Positions 1-9,481 of a stretch of 32,000 nt of DNA are shown piece by piece. Each line of letters starts with the position of its first letter. Positions within the stretch are counted from its first letter, which is position 1. The DNA comes from Longivirga aurantiaca (GTDB lineage: Bacteria; Actinomycetota; Actinomycetes; S36-B12; CAIYMF01), in contig NZ_JBHSTI010000008.1 of the NCBI RefSeq assembly GCF_042660085.1, positions 540,001 through 572,000 on the forward strand, read 5' to 3'. The notes beneath the pieces are model-generated. The model ran no database searches and was not told where the DNA came from. It saw only the letters and a list, made by a program, of their open reading frames with translations. A program made the position numbers and the translations under genes.

Positions 1-109
1 GGAGCGCCGGCGCCGGCGTCTGCCAGGACACCGCGGCGGTTGCCGCCCTAGCGTGGTGCTGTCCGCAGCGGAGTGCCGTGGGGCGCCCGCGACGCGGGCG
101 GAGGCGGTC

Positions 110-1366
110 ATGAGCGGCTCCATCACGCCGACGGCGCCTGCCCCGTACGAGCAGGGGCCGTCGGTCGGCACCACACCTTCAGCAGCCCCGCGCCACCGCG
201 GTCGCCGGGCCCTGGTCGTCCTCGCAGCCACCCTCGCCGTGCTGCTGGGGATCTTCTACCTCGGGGGAGGCTGGTACTTCTCCAGCCAGATCGAGTCGGG
301 TGCGCTCGCGAGCACACCGGGTCCGATGGCCCCGTCGTACAACCTGACCGTGACGGTGGTCGAGCCGGGCTCGGTCACCTACCGGTCCTCCGGCGACCTC
401 TCGCCGTCCTTCGAGCAGGCCTCGAGCTATGCGCTGCTCTGGGAGGGCGGCTGGGCGCACGTCGGTCCGCCGACGGACGTCGTCGACGGCGCGGTCACGC
501 GCCCGATGAGCGACGTCACCGGTACGCCGCCCGAGGCGGGCACCCCGGCCGCGCTCGAGCGCGACTGGTACATCGGCGACCCCCAGACGGCGCTCGGCTA
601 TGCGTTCGAGGACGTCGTGGTGACGAGCGTCCACGGCCAGCTCCCCGCGTGGTACGTGCCGGCGGCAGAGGCGTCCACCTGGACAGCCGTGATGGTGCAC
701 GGACGCGACGGGTTCCGCCGCGAGACCCTCCGGGCGGCCGAGATCGCGCACAAGGCCGGGTACAACGTGCTCGCCATCACCTATCTCGGCGACTACGGGA
801 ACATGCCGTACGCCGACGGTCATCTCGGCTTCGGCACCACCGAGTGGCCGGACGTCGAGGCCGCTGTGCAGTGGGCCGTCGCGCGCGGCACGACGGACGT
901 GGTCCTGGTGGGCAACTCCATGGGTACCACCGTCATCTCCGCCTTCCTGCGCGAGTCCGAACGCGCGTCGCTGGTTCGCGGCATGGTGCTCGACTCGGCG
1001 GCGATCGACCTGGCGCAGACGGTCGAGGCCGGTGCGGCCCAGGTGTCGCTGCCGGTCCTCGGTGCTCCACCGTCGAGCCTCGTCGCGGTCGCGGAGTGGT
1101 TCGCGCAGCTCAGGTTCGGCGTGGACTGGGACTACCTCGACTACGCCGACGACGCGATGTGGGACACGGTTCCGACGCTCGCGCTGCACGGGTCGGAGGA
1201 TCCGACCGTCACCGTTCAGGTGAGTCGCGACTTCGCCGCCATGCACCCGGAAACCGTTCAGTACGAGGAGTTCCCGGGCGCTCAGCACGTGGAGTCGTGG
1301 AACACCGATCGTGCGCGCTACGAAGCCGTGCTGTCCGCGTTCCTCACGGAGGTCCGGACCGGCTGA
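110..1366 (+). CDS. alpha/beta hydrolase family protein with N-terminal membrane anchor
   Basis: ORF 53..1366; ATG at 110 is the likely start. Hydrophobic segment ALVVLAATLAVLLGIFYLGGGWYF, nucleophile elbow VLVGNSMGTT (GxSxG), late Asp (GSEDPTVTV) and His (GAQHVESW). Confidence 0.85.
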   Translation: MSGSITPTAPAPYEQGPSVGTTPSAAPRHRGRRALVVLAATLAVLLGIFYLGGGWYFSSQIESGALASTPGPMAPSYNLTVTVVEPGSVTYRSSGDLSPSFEQASSYALLWEGGWAHVGPPTDVVDGAVTRPMSDVTGTPPEAGTPAALERDWYIGDPQTALGYAFEDVVVTSVHGQLPAWYVPAAEASTWTAVMVHGRDGFRRETLRAAEIAHKAGYNVLAITYLGDYGNMPYADGHLGFGTTEWPDVEAAVQWAVARGTTDVVLVGNSMGTTVISAFLRESERASLVRGMVLDSAAIDLAQTVEAGAAQVSLPVLGAPPSSLVAVAEWFAQLRFGVDWDYLDYADDAMWDTVPTLALHGSEDPTVTVQVSRDFAAMHPETVQYEEFPGAQHVESWNTDRARYEAVLSAFLTEVRTG

Positions 1367-1390
1367 CTGGTCCTCCGACGCGCAGGCGCT

Positions 1391-1421
1391 GCCGGGCCGG
1401 CCAGCAGGACTGCTGCCGGCC
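1391..1421 (+). terminator. GC-rich hairpin, probable intrinsic terminator after the hydrolase gene
   Basis: CGGGCCGG...CCGGCCCG outer 8-bp stem with inner AGCAG/CTGCT, 24 nt after the stop codon; no real U-tract. Confidence 0.5.
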
Positions 1422-1486
1422 CGACCGCGCCGTCCGGGGGCACGAGGACCGGGACCGGCGAGCGGGTGGGCTAGCCTCGCGGCGTC

Positions 1487-2632
1487 ATGGATGCCGTCCT
1501 CGTCGCTGCTGCCGTCGTCACCCCTGAGCGCGTGCTGCGCCCCGGGTGGGTGCGCGTCGTCGGCGACCGCATCGATGGCGTGGGGGAGGGACCGCCGCTC
1601 GGCGGGGGCGTGACCGACCTCGGCGACTCGATCCTCGTCGCAGGCCTGGTCGACGTGCACTGCCACGGTGGCGGCGGGGAGTCGTTCGGCGCTGACGCCG
1701 AGGCCTCGGCCGGTGCGGCCGCAGCGCACCTGGCGCACGGCACGACCTCGGTGGTCGCCTCCCTCGTGAGCGGTCCGCAGGACCGCATGCTGCGCGAGAT
1801 CGCCTCTCTCGCAAGCCTTGTCGAGGACGGAGTGATAGCGGGCGTGCACCTCGAGGGGCCGTGGCTCTCGCACGCGCAGTGCGGCGCCCACGACCCGTCG
1901 CAGCTGCGCGCACCCTCTCCTGGCGAGGTGCGGGCGCTCCTCGCCAACCCCGTCGTGCGGATGGTGACGCTCGCCCCCGAGCTCGACGGCGCGCTCGACG
2001 CCGTGCGCGCGATCGTCGACGCGGGCGCCGTCGCGGCCCTGGGTCACACCGATGCGGACCTCGCGACCACCAGGGCCGCCATCGCGGCAGGCGCGCGTCA
2101 GGCGACGCACCTGTTCAACGCCATGCGGCCGCTCCGGCATCGCGACCCCGGCCCGGTGCTCGCGCTGCTGGAGGACGACCGCGTGGCGCTCGAGCTGGTG
2201 CGCGACGGCGTCCACCTCGACCCCGACCTGTGCGCATGGCTCGACTCCACGGTGGCGCCGCACCGGCTCGTGGCGGTGACCGACGCGATGGCCGCGGCTG
2301 CGGGCGACGGCGGCCGGTACGTGCTCGGCAGCCTCGACGTCGATGTGATCGACGGGGTGGCACGCGTCGCCGGCACGGACACGATCGCCGGCAGCACGGC
2401 GACCGCCGACGCGCTCTTCCGTTCCGTCGCGGGTCCGTCGTACGACGACGCATCGCTGCAGCGCGCGGGACTGCAGACCGCGACGAACCCGGCCCGGGCG
2501 CTCGGGCTCGACGACGTGGGCGCGCTCGCCGCCGGGCTGCGCGCCGACCTCGTGGCGCTCGACCCGGAGGCCCTCCGGGTGCGCGGCGTGCTGCGCGCGG
2601 GGGCCTGGGCGACGGCCCCCGGGATGCGCTGA
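1487..2632 (+). CDS. nagA: N-acetylglucosamine-6-phosphate deacetylase
   Basis: Amidohydrolase motifs GLVDVHCHGGGGESFGA, GVHLEGPWLS, ALGHTDAD, GARQATHLFNAM and LVAVTDAMAAA; located in a cluster with nagB and ROK proteins. Confidence 0.95.
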   Translation: MDAVLVAAAVVTPERVLRPGWVRVVGDRIDGVGEGPPLGGGVTDLGDSILVAGLVDVHCHGGGGESFGADAEASAGAAAAHLAHGTTSVVASLVSGPQDRMLREIASLASLVEDGVIAGVHLEGPWLSHAQCGAHDPSQLRAPSPGEVRALLANPVVRMVTLAPELDGALDAVRAIVDAGAVAALGHTDADLATTRAAIAAGARQATHLFNAMRPLRHRDPGPVLALLEDDRVALELVRDGVHLDPDLCAWLDSTVAPHRLVAVTDAMAAAAGDGGRYVLGSLDVDVIDGVARVAGTDTIAGSTATADALFRSVAGPSYDDASLQRAGLQTATNPARALGLDDVGALAAGLRADLVALDPEALRVRGVLRAGAWATAPGMR

Positions 2633-2672
2633 GCGCCGTCCATCACGAGTCGGTAAACCCGGGCGCCGGGCC

Positions 2673-2701
2673 TTGACGAGAGTTGGTTAGTAAACTTTAC
2701 T
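2673..2701 (+). promoter_or_regulatory. Candidate promoter of ROK regulator operon
   Basis: TTGACG (2673-2678), 17-bp spacer, TTTACT (2696-2701); the -10 lies inside the palindrome. Confidence 0.65.
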
Positions 2702-2705
2702 AACC
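2685..2705. promoter_or_regulatory. Perfect palindromic operator, probably for the adjacent ROK repressor
   Basis: GGTTAGTAAA-C-TTTACTAACC: 10-bp perfect half-sites around one central C, 4 bp upstream of the ROK regulator ATG. Confidence 0.85.
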
Positions 2706-2708
2706 GCC

Positions 2709-3839
2709 ATGTCCACCCGCTCCCCGCGTCGTCTTCAGCACGACAGCGCCGTTCTCCCCGCCGACGGGCGGCGGCAGAACCTGTCGCTGGTGCTCCAGGC
2801 GCTCTACACCGGGGGCGCGATGAGCAGGGCCGACCTCGCCCGTCGGCTGCAGCTCACCAAGGTGACCGTCTCGGACCTCGTCTCGGTGCTCCTCGAGCGC
2901 GGGCAGGCCGTCGAGCTCGGCCAGTCCGACACCGTGCGCCCGGGCAAGCCGGCCACCCTCGTCGACGTCAACCGCACGGGTCTGCAGGTGGTCGGCGTCG
3001 ACCTGACCGCGCACGAGGTGCTGCGCGCAGCGGTGCTCGACCTCGACGGCAACGTCCTGCACCGCAGCGAGCGGCCGCTCACCGGCCGGGCCGCGGGGGC
3101 CGACGTCCTCGCCGACGTCCTCGCCCTCGTCGCCGACGCCGTGGCCCTCGCGACCGAGACCGTCCTCGGCATCGGCGTGGGCACGCCCGGAGTCGTCGGC
3201 CCGGACGGCGATGTGCTCACCGCCCCCAACCTCGGCTGGACCGACGTCCCGCTGCGCGCGCTCCTCGCCGAGGCGACCGGCCTGCCTGTGCTCGTGTGCA
3301 ACGACGCCGATGCCGCGGTGCACGCCGAGCACACCCTCGGCGACGGCGGCGACGACCTGATCCTCGTGCGCATCGGCCTCGGCGTCGGCTGCGGCCTCAT
3401 CGTCGACGGCCAGCGGGTGCGCGGCGCGCACTTCGCAGCCGGAGAGATCGGGCACGTGACCGTCGGCACCGACGGCGGCGAGACCTGCGGCTGCGGCAAC
3501 GTCGGCTGCCTCGAGACCTGGATCTCCGCTCCGCGGCTGCAGAAGGCGATCGCCGACAGCGCCACGGACTCCGACGGTGCGCTTCGGTCGGCGGGCGAAC
3601 GCCTCGCGATCGCGCTCGCACCGGTCGTGGCCGCGCTCGACCTCTCCGAGGTCGTGCTCGCCGGCCCCCATGAACTTGTCGACGGCCCGCTGCTCCGAGC
3701 CGTGGACGAGACCCTGCGCAGCCGGATGCTCGCGCGCAACGCCTCGGCACTCGAGGTGCGCGTCGCGACGCAGCCGGAGGACATCGTCCTGCGCGGGGCT
3801 GCAGTGCTGGTCCTCTGGGACCAGTGGGGGGTGGCCTGA
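2709..3839 (+). CDS. ROK family transcriptional regulator (NagC/Mlc-like)
   Basis: N-terminal winged helix (MSRADLARRLQLTKVTVSDLVSVLLERG) plus ROK domain with GETCGCGNVGCLETW zinc motif. Confidence 0.93.
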   Translation: MSTRSPRRLQHDSAVLPADGRRQNLSLVLQALYTGGAMSRADLARRLQLTKVTVSDLVSVLLERGQAVELGQSDTVRPGKPATLVDVNRTGLQVVGVDLTAHEVLRAAVLDLDGNVLHRSERPLTGRAAGADVLADVLALVADAVALATETVLGIGVGTPGVVGPDGDVLTAPNLGWTDVPLRALLAEATGLPVLVCNDADAAVHAEHTLGDGGDDLILVRIGLGVGCGLIVDGQRVRGAHFAAGEIGHVTVGTDGGETCGCGNVGCLETWISAPRLQKAIADSATDSDGALRSAGERLAIALAPVVAALDLSEVVLAGPHELVDGPLLRAVDETLRSRMLARNASALEVRVATQPEDIVLRGAAVLVLWDQWGVA

Positions 3840-3913
3840 ATCCACCGAGCAGCAAGGACTCGAACCAGCCTGGCCGTCACGGCGGCCCATCCCACCGAAT
3901 GGATGACCACGTC

Positions 3914-5284
3914 ATGAAGAAGCTCCTCGGCCTCGCGGCAGCCACTGCCGTCGCGGCCCTCGCGCTCACTGCCTGCAGCAGCGGCAGCGGTGACGCGGGC
4001 ACCAGCGCATCTCCGTCCGCACCTGCCTCGAGCGCCGACAACTCCAGCCGCAGCATCACCCTGTGGCTGGCGGGCGGCGACACCCCGGACGAGCTCCGGA
4101 CCTACCTCAAGGACACGTTCAAGGCGAAGACGGGCGCCACGCTCGCCATCGAGGAGCAGTCGTGGGGCGACCTGCTGACCAAGCTCACCACCGCGCTCCC
4201 TGACGCGGAGAACACCCCCGACGTCGTCGAGCTCGGCAACACCCAGGCCCCGACGTTTACCAACGTGGGCGCCTTCGCCGACGTGAGCGACATGTACGAG
4301 GAGCTGGGCGGCGCCAAGCTGCTGCAGTCCTTCGTCGAGGCCGGCAGCGTCGACGGCAAGCAGTACGCACTGCCGTACTACTTCGGCTCGCGCTACATGT
4401 TCGTGCGCAAGGACGTCTGGAAGGAGGCCGGCGTCGAGACGCCGACCACCTTGGACGAGTTCAACTCCGCCGTCGCGGCCATCGCGGCGGACAACCCCCG
4501 CGACATCAAGAACTTCTCGGGTTTCTTCATCGGCGGCCAGGACTGGCGCAACGGCATCTCGTGGATCTTCGCCAACGGCGGCGACCTCGCCAAGAAGGTC
4601 GACGGCCAGTGGCAGTCGACCCTCGCCGACGCCAACAGCCTCAAGGGTCTCGCGCAGCTCCAGGCGATCTACAGGACGGCGTCGAACGCTCCCGCGGACG
4701 CCAAGGACCAGTCGCCGTGGCTTTACATCAACGACACGGACGCCATCACCGACGCCAACGGCGAGGTGACCGGCAAGACCTCTCTCGCCGCCGCCACGAT
4801 CATGGCCCCGGGCTGGGCGCACTGGTCGATCGGCGACCTCAAGAAGGTCGACGGCAAGGACACGCGCGAGTGGAACCCGGAGAAGTTCGGGACGATGGTG
4901 CTGCCGGGCAACGACGGCAAGCCCGCCCCGGTCTTCGCCGGCGGCTCGAACATCGGCATCTCGGCCACGAGCAAGAACCAGGACCTGGCCCGCGAGCTCA
5001 TGCGGATCATCTTCTCGGCCGAGTACCAGCAGAAGCTGGGCGGTGCGGGCCTCGGCCCGGCCAACAGCGACTACGTCAGCGCGCTCGGTGACGACGAGTT
5101 CGCCCAGGCCCTCATCGCCTCGGCGTCCAACTCCAAGCTCACCCCTGCCGCTCCGGGTTGGGCCGCGGTCGAGTCCGCGCAGCTCATGGAGGAGTTCTTC
5201 GGCAAGGTCCGCGACGCGTCCGACCTCGCGGCCCTCGCCGCGGAGTACGACGCCAAGATCACGCCGCTCCTCAACCAGCAGTGA
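3914..5284 (+). CDS. ABC transporter extracellular sugar-binding lipoprotein
   Basis: ATG at 3914; signal peptide with lipobox MKKLLGLAAATAVAALALTAC; family 1 solute-binding features (TLWLAGGDTPDELRTYLKDTFKAKTGA...NTPDVVELGNTQ). Confidence 0.92.
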   Translation: MKKLLGLAAATAVAALALTACSSGSGDAGTSASPSAPASSADNSSRSITLWLAGGDTPDELRTYLKDTFKAKTGATLAIEEQSWGDLLTKLTTALPDAENTPDVVELGNTQAPTFTNVGAFADVSDMYEELGGAKLLQSFVEAGSVDGKQYALPYYFGSRYMFVRKDVWKEAGVETPTTLDEFNSAVAAIAADNPRDIKNFSGFFIGGQDWRNGISWIFANGGDLAKKVDGQWQSTLADANSLKGLAQLQAIYRTASNAPADAKDQSPWLYINDTDAITDANGEVTGKTSLAAATIMAPGWAHWSIGDLKKVDGKDTREWNPEKFGTMVLPGNDGKPAPVFAGGSNIGISATSKNQDLARELMRIIFSAEYQQKLGGAGLGPANSDYVSALGDDEFAQALIASASNSKLTPAAPGWAAVESAQLMEEFFGKVRDASDLAALAAEYDAKITPLLNQQ

Positions 5285-5409
5285 CGTCGTCCACGGCGGC
5301 CGGGGCCCCGGCCCCGGCCGCCGTGGCACGCCACGACCAGCTCGACCCGGCGCCCGACCCGGCGCCCCGCAACCGCCAGAAGCCGATCAGGAGAAGGAGG
5401 AACGACCGC

Positions 5410-6309
5410 ATGGCCACCAGCCGATCCGACCGACGCGCGCCGCTCCTGCTGGTGCTCCCGACGATGCTCATCCTCCTGCTCGCGCTCGGCTACCCGATCG
5501 CCTGGCAGCTCGTCACGAGCCTGCAGAAGTACGGCCTGCGCCAGCAGTTCGGGCAGCCGCCCGAGTGGGTCTGGCTCGAGAACTACCGCACCCTCGTCAG
5601 CGACCCGACGCTCTGGGCGGTCGTGGCCCGCTCGCTGGTGTTCTGCGTCGTCGTCGCCTTCCTGACCGTGGCGATCGGCGGGCTCCTCGCGCTGCTCATG
5701 CAGCGGGTCGGGGGCTTCGCGCGGATCGTCCTGCAGGTGTCGCTGCTGCTCGCCTGGGCGATGCCCGTCGTGGCCGCGATGACCGTCTGGATCTGGATCG
5801 TCGACTGGCGCCGGGGCCTGCTCAACTGGCTCCTCGTACGCGTCGGCTTCGAGGGCGCCGACCAGCACAACTGGCTGGCGGAGCCGATCTCGTTCTTCGT
5901 GGTGGCCGGCGTCATCGTGGTCTGGATGAGCGTGCCGTTCGTGGCCCTCAGCATCTACGCCGGCCTCACCCAGGTCTCGACCGAGGTGCTCGAGGCCGCC
6001 CAGCTCGACGGGGCGTCGTGGTGGCAGCGTCTGCGCTACGTGATCGCGCCGCTCATCGCGCCCGTGATCTCCATCGTCCTTCTGCTGCAGTTGATCTGGG
6101 ACCTGCGCGTCTTCACTCAGATCAAGATGCTGCAGGACGCGGGCGGCCTCGCCAACGAGACGAACCTGCTCGGAACGTTCATCTACCAGCTCGGCACGGG
6201 CAAGGGCGACTTCGGGATGTCGAGCGCCGTCAGCGTCGTGATGCTCCTGCTCACGGTCGCCCTCAGCTGGTACTACGTCCGCTCGCTCATGAAGGAGGAG
6301 GCGGCATGA
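5410..6309 (+). CDS. ABC sugar transporter permease (MalF-type)
   Basis: Multi-TM protein; EAA-like loop EVLEAAQLDGASWWQRLRYVIAPLIAP. Start 5410 supported by AAGGAGG just upstream; GTG 5281 overlapping the binding-protein stop is an alternative. Confidence 0.93.
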   Translation: MATSRSDRRAPLLLVLPTMLILLLALGYPIAWQLVTSLQKYGLRQQFGQPPEWVWLENYRTLVSDPTLWAVVARSLVFCVVVAFLTVAIGGLLALLMQRVGGFARIVLQVSLLLAWAMPVVAAMTVWIWIVDWRRGLLNWLLVRVGFEGADQHNWLAEPISFFVVAGVIVVWMSVPFVALSIYAGLTQVSTEVLEAAQLDGASWWQRLRYVIAPLIAPVISIVLLLQLIWDLRVFTQIKMLQDAGGLANETNLLGTFIYQLGTGKGDFGMSSAVSVVMLLLTVALSWYYVRSLMKEEAA

Positions 6310-7145
6310 CCGCGCGCCGGATCCGGTCGGGCCTGTGGTCGGGCCTCGCGGTCGTGATCGCGCTGGCCTGGGCCTTCCCCGTCTACTGGATGGTCAACTC
6401 CTCGCTGCTGCCGAACGTGCGGCTGCAGTCGACCAACCCCTCGTTCCTCCCGATCGGCGGGTCGCTCGACAACTTCACCGCGGTGTTCTCCGACCCGCGC
6501 TTCGGTCGTGCGCTGGCGACGTCGCTCGCCGTCACCTTGATCGCCGTCGTGGCCGCCATCGCGATCGCCTTCCTCGGGGCGCTGGCCGTGAGCAGGTTCC
6601 GCTTCCGCGGACGCATCTCGTTCGTGCTCGCGCTGCTGCTCATCCAGATGCTCCCGGCCGAGGGCCTGTTCATCGCGCAGTACAAGATGATGTCGTCGGT
6701 CGGGCAGCTCAACAGCGTCATCGGCCTGTCGGTCCTCTACGCGGCGGCCGTCATCCCGTTCACGATCTGGATGCTGCGCGGCTTCGTCGCGGGAGTCCCG
6801 ATCGAGCTCGAGGAGGCGGCGATGGTCGACGGCCTGTCGCGCACGCGGGCCTTCCTCCGGATCACCTTCCCGCTGCTCGCGCCCGGGCTCGTCGCGTCCG
6901 CGGTCTACGCGTTCCTGCAGGCATGGAACGAGTTCACCGTCGCGCTCGTGGTGATGACCGAGGAGCAGTCCCGCACGCTCCCGCTCTGGCTGCGCGGCTT
7001 CGTGCAGGCGAGCGCCACCCGCGAGACCGACTGGGGGCAGGTGATGGCGGCGTCCGCCCTCGTCGCGGTGCCCGTGATCATCTTCTTCATGATCGTGCAG
7101 GGCCGCATGAGCAGCGGCCTCGTCGGCGGGGCGGTGAAAGGCTAG
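6306..7145 (+). CDS. ABC sugar transporter permease (MalG-type)
   Basis: ATGA overlap with upstream permease; EAA loop ELEEAAMVDGLSRTRAFLRITFPLLAPG. Confidence 0.94.
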   Translation: MTARRIRSGLWSGLAVVIALAWAFPVYWMVNSSLLPNVRLQSTNPSFLPIGGSLDNFTAVFSDPRFGRALATSLAVTLIAVVAAIAIAFLGALAVSRFRFRGRISFVLALLLIQMLPAEGLFIAQYKMMSSVGQLNSVIGLSVLYAAAVIPFTIWMLRGFVAGVPIELEEAAMVDGLSRTRAFLRITFPLLAPGLVASAVYAFLQAWNEFTVALVVMTEEQSRTLPLWLRGFVQASATRETDWGQVMAASALVAVPVIIFFMIVQGRMSSGLVGGAVKG

Positions 7146-8552
7146 ATGTCCGACCAGCCCGACGTGCGCCGCCTCGTGCTGCGCACCCTCATGCCCGGGT
7201 TCGCCGGCACCGTCGTGCCCGTGTGGCTCGACGCCGCTCTGCGTGACGGCCTCGGCTCCGTGTGCCTCTACGGCTCCAACGTCGTCGATGTCGAGCAGCT
7301 CACCGGCCTCTGCGCCGACCTGCGGTCGCGGTCGCCGCAGGTGGTCCTCGCCACCGACGAGGAGGGCGGCGACGTCACGCGCCTGCACTACCGCACCGGT
7401 TCGCCGTACGTCGGCAACGGCGTCCTCGGCCGGCTCGACGACCTCGACGCCACCCGCGCCCAGGCCGCGTGGATCGCGCGCGACCTGCGCGGCGTCGGGA
7501 TCCAGCTCGACCTCGGCCCGGTGGTCGACGTCAACTCCTCCGACGACAACCCGGTGATCGGCAGCCGCAGCTTCGGCGCGGACCCCGACCTCGTCGCGCG
7601 GCACTCGGCCGCGTGGGTGGAGGCGCTGCAGGCCGGCGGGGTCGCCGCGTGCGCCAAGCACTTCCCGGGGCATGGCGACACCACCGCCGACTCGCACCAT
7701 GCTCTGCCGGTCGTCGACGTCGACGCGGACCTCCTGCGCCGGCGCGAGCTGGCACCGTTCGCCGCCGTCGTCCAGGCAGGCGCAGCCAGCGTGATGACGG
7801 CGGCGATCATGGTGCCGTCTGTCGACGCCGTGAACGCGGGCACGTTCTCCGCCGCGCTGCTGCAGGGCGTGCTGCGCGACGAGCTCGGCTTCGACGGCGT
7901 CATCGTGACCGACGCCCTCGACATGGCGGGAGCCTCGGCCGAGACGGGCATCCCCGAGGCCGCCGTGCGCGCGCTGGTCGCCGGGTGCGACCTGCTGTGC
8001 CTCGGCTCGGACACCGACCCGGCCCTGTTCGCGGAGATCGTCGAGCACGTGGTGGCCGCCCTCGCGTCGGGCCGGCTGCCGCTGGCGCGCGTGGCAGAGG
8101 CGGCCGCGCGGGTCGAGCGCCTCGCGATCGGCGTCGCCGGATCACCCGAGGCGCGGCCGTCGGACGTCGGTCTCGACGCGACCCCGGCGTTCGCCCTCAC
8201 CGACCGCGCTCGTACGTGGCTCGAGGGGGACGGCGATGTCGCGATCGTGCAGGTCTCCAGCCCCAGCAACCTCGCCGTCGGCCAGGTGCCGTGGGGCCCG
8301 GCTGCCCTCGGTGTCGCGGTCGCGGAGGACGCGGCGGCCGGTGCGACGCGGGTGGCCGTGGTCGGTCGCGACCTCGCATCCGACCACCCTGCCTGGGCAT
8401 GCGCCGACAGGCTCCGCTCGGCCGGGGCCGACGTGCTCGTCGTGGAGTCCGGCTGGCCGCGCAGCGGTGCGCGCGCCGACGTCGTCACGTGGGGCGGGTC
8501 GCCCGCGGTGGCCCGCCACCTCGTCGCCCTGCTGACGGGGGCCCGGTCATGA
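7146..8552 (+). CDS. Glycoside hydrolase family 3 protein, beta-N-acetylglucosaminidase (NagZ/Nag3-like)
   Basis: NagZ-type loop KHFPGHGDTTADSHHALP and nucleophile region GVIVTDALDMAG; start codon immediately follows the permease stop. Confidence 0.9.
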   Translation: MSDQPDVRRLVLRTLMPGFAGTVVPVWLDAALRDGLGSVCLYGSNVVDVEQLTGLCADLRSRSPQVVLATDEEGGDVTRLHYRTGSPYVGNGVLGRLDDLDATRAQAAWIARDLRGVGIQLDLGPVVDVNSSDDNPVIGSRSFGADPDLVARHSAAWVEALQAGGVAACAKHFPGHGDTTADSHHALPVVDVDADLLRRRELAPFAAVVQAGAASVMTAAIMVPSVDAVNAGTFSAALLQGVLRDELGFDGVIVTDALDMAGASAETGIPEAAVRALVAGCDLLCLGSDTDPALFAEIVEHVVAALASGRLPLARVAEAAARVERLAIGVAGSPEARPSDVGLDATPAFALTDRARTWLEGDGDVAIVQVSSPSNLAVGQVPWGPAALGVAVAEDAAAGATRVAVVGRDLASDHPAWACADRLRSAGADVLVVESGWPRSGARADVVTWGGSPAVARHLVALLTGARS

Positions 8553-9481
8553 GGCTCGGCGTCGACATCGGCGGCACGAAGACCGCAGCCGTGGTGCTCG
8601 GGGACGACGGCGAGGTGCTGACGACGGCGACGGCGCCATCGGGCCGGGGCGCGGTCGACGTCGTCGCGCAGGCAACGCGCATCGCCCGGCTCGCCATGGC
8701 CGAGGTCGGCGGCCCGGGCGCGATCACGGCGGCGGGCGCGTGCATCCCCGGCCTCGTCGACCCCGCCGCGGGCACCGTGCGGCACGCGGTCAACCTCGAG
8801 GTCGAGCACCTCGACCTCGCGCGCGATCTCGGTGCCGCGCTGGGGCTCGTGGTGTCGGTGGAGAACGACGTCAAGTCCGCCGCCCTCGGTGCCCACCACC
8901 TCAGCGGGCTCGGTGCGGCCCGGACCCTCGCCTACCTCAACCTGGGCACCGGCCTCGCCGCCGCTGTCGTCCATGCGGGCGAGGTCGTGCGCGGCGTCGA
9001 CGGCGTGGCAGGCGAGATCGGCCACCTGCCGTTCGGCGGCGACGTCGTCTGCGCGTGCGGCCAGACCGGCTGCCTCGAGACGACGGCGTCGGGCACCGCG
9101 CTCCTGCGCATGTGGCCCGAGGCCGCTGCGCACGACTGGGACCTCGTCGGCGCTGCCGCGCGGGGCGACTCCGCCGCGGTGCTCGCTGCCGCGTCGCTGT
9201 GCGGCGGCGTCGCGCTCGCCGTGCAGGTGCTCGTGCTCGCATCGGGTGCGCAGAGCGTCGTGATGAGCGGCGGCCTCACGGCGATGGGGGAGCCGCTGCT
9301 CGAGGCGATCCGTGCCGAGCTGCGCATCCGTGCCGCCAGCTCGCCGTTCCTCGGGTCGCTCGCGCTGGCAGAACGCGTGTCGTTCCTCCCAGCGGGCGTT
9401 CCCGTGGCCGCCATCGGGGCGGCCCGGCTGACGACGCCCGAGGTCGAGACCGCGACAGGGGGTGCGGCGTGGAGGTCCTGA
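8549..9481 (+). CDS. ROK family sugar kinase (probable N-acetylglucosamine/glucosamine kinase)
   Basis: MRLGVDIGGTKTAAVVLGDDG phosphate-binding motif, CACGQTGCLET zinc motif, no N-terminal HTH; ATGA overlap with GH3. Confidence 0.9.
   Translation: MRLGVDIGGTKTAAVVLGDDGEVLTTATAPSGRGAVDVVAQATRIARLAMAEVGGPGAITAAGACIPGLVDPAAGTVRHAVNLEVEHLDLARDLGAALGLVVSVENDVKSAALGAHHLSGLGAARTLAYLNLGTGLAAAVVHAGEVVRGVDGVAGEIGHLPFGGDVVCACGQTGCLETTASGTALLRMWPEAAAHDWDLVGAAARGDSAAVLAAASLCGGVALAVQVLVLASGAQSVVMSGGLTAMGEPLLEAIRAELRIRAASSPFLGSLALAERVSFLPAGVPVAAIGAARLTTPEVETATGGAAWRS

Noticed and set aside
2804-5329. 841-aa minus-strand ORF
   Set aside because: Antisense to the ROK regulator and solute-binding protein, both with clear family motifs; high-GC artefact.
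7388-9133. 581-aa minus-strand ORF (similarly 6273..8048 and 8932..10257)
   Set aside because: Antisense to permease, GH3, ROK kinase and nagB genes with convincing motifs; no domain signature.
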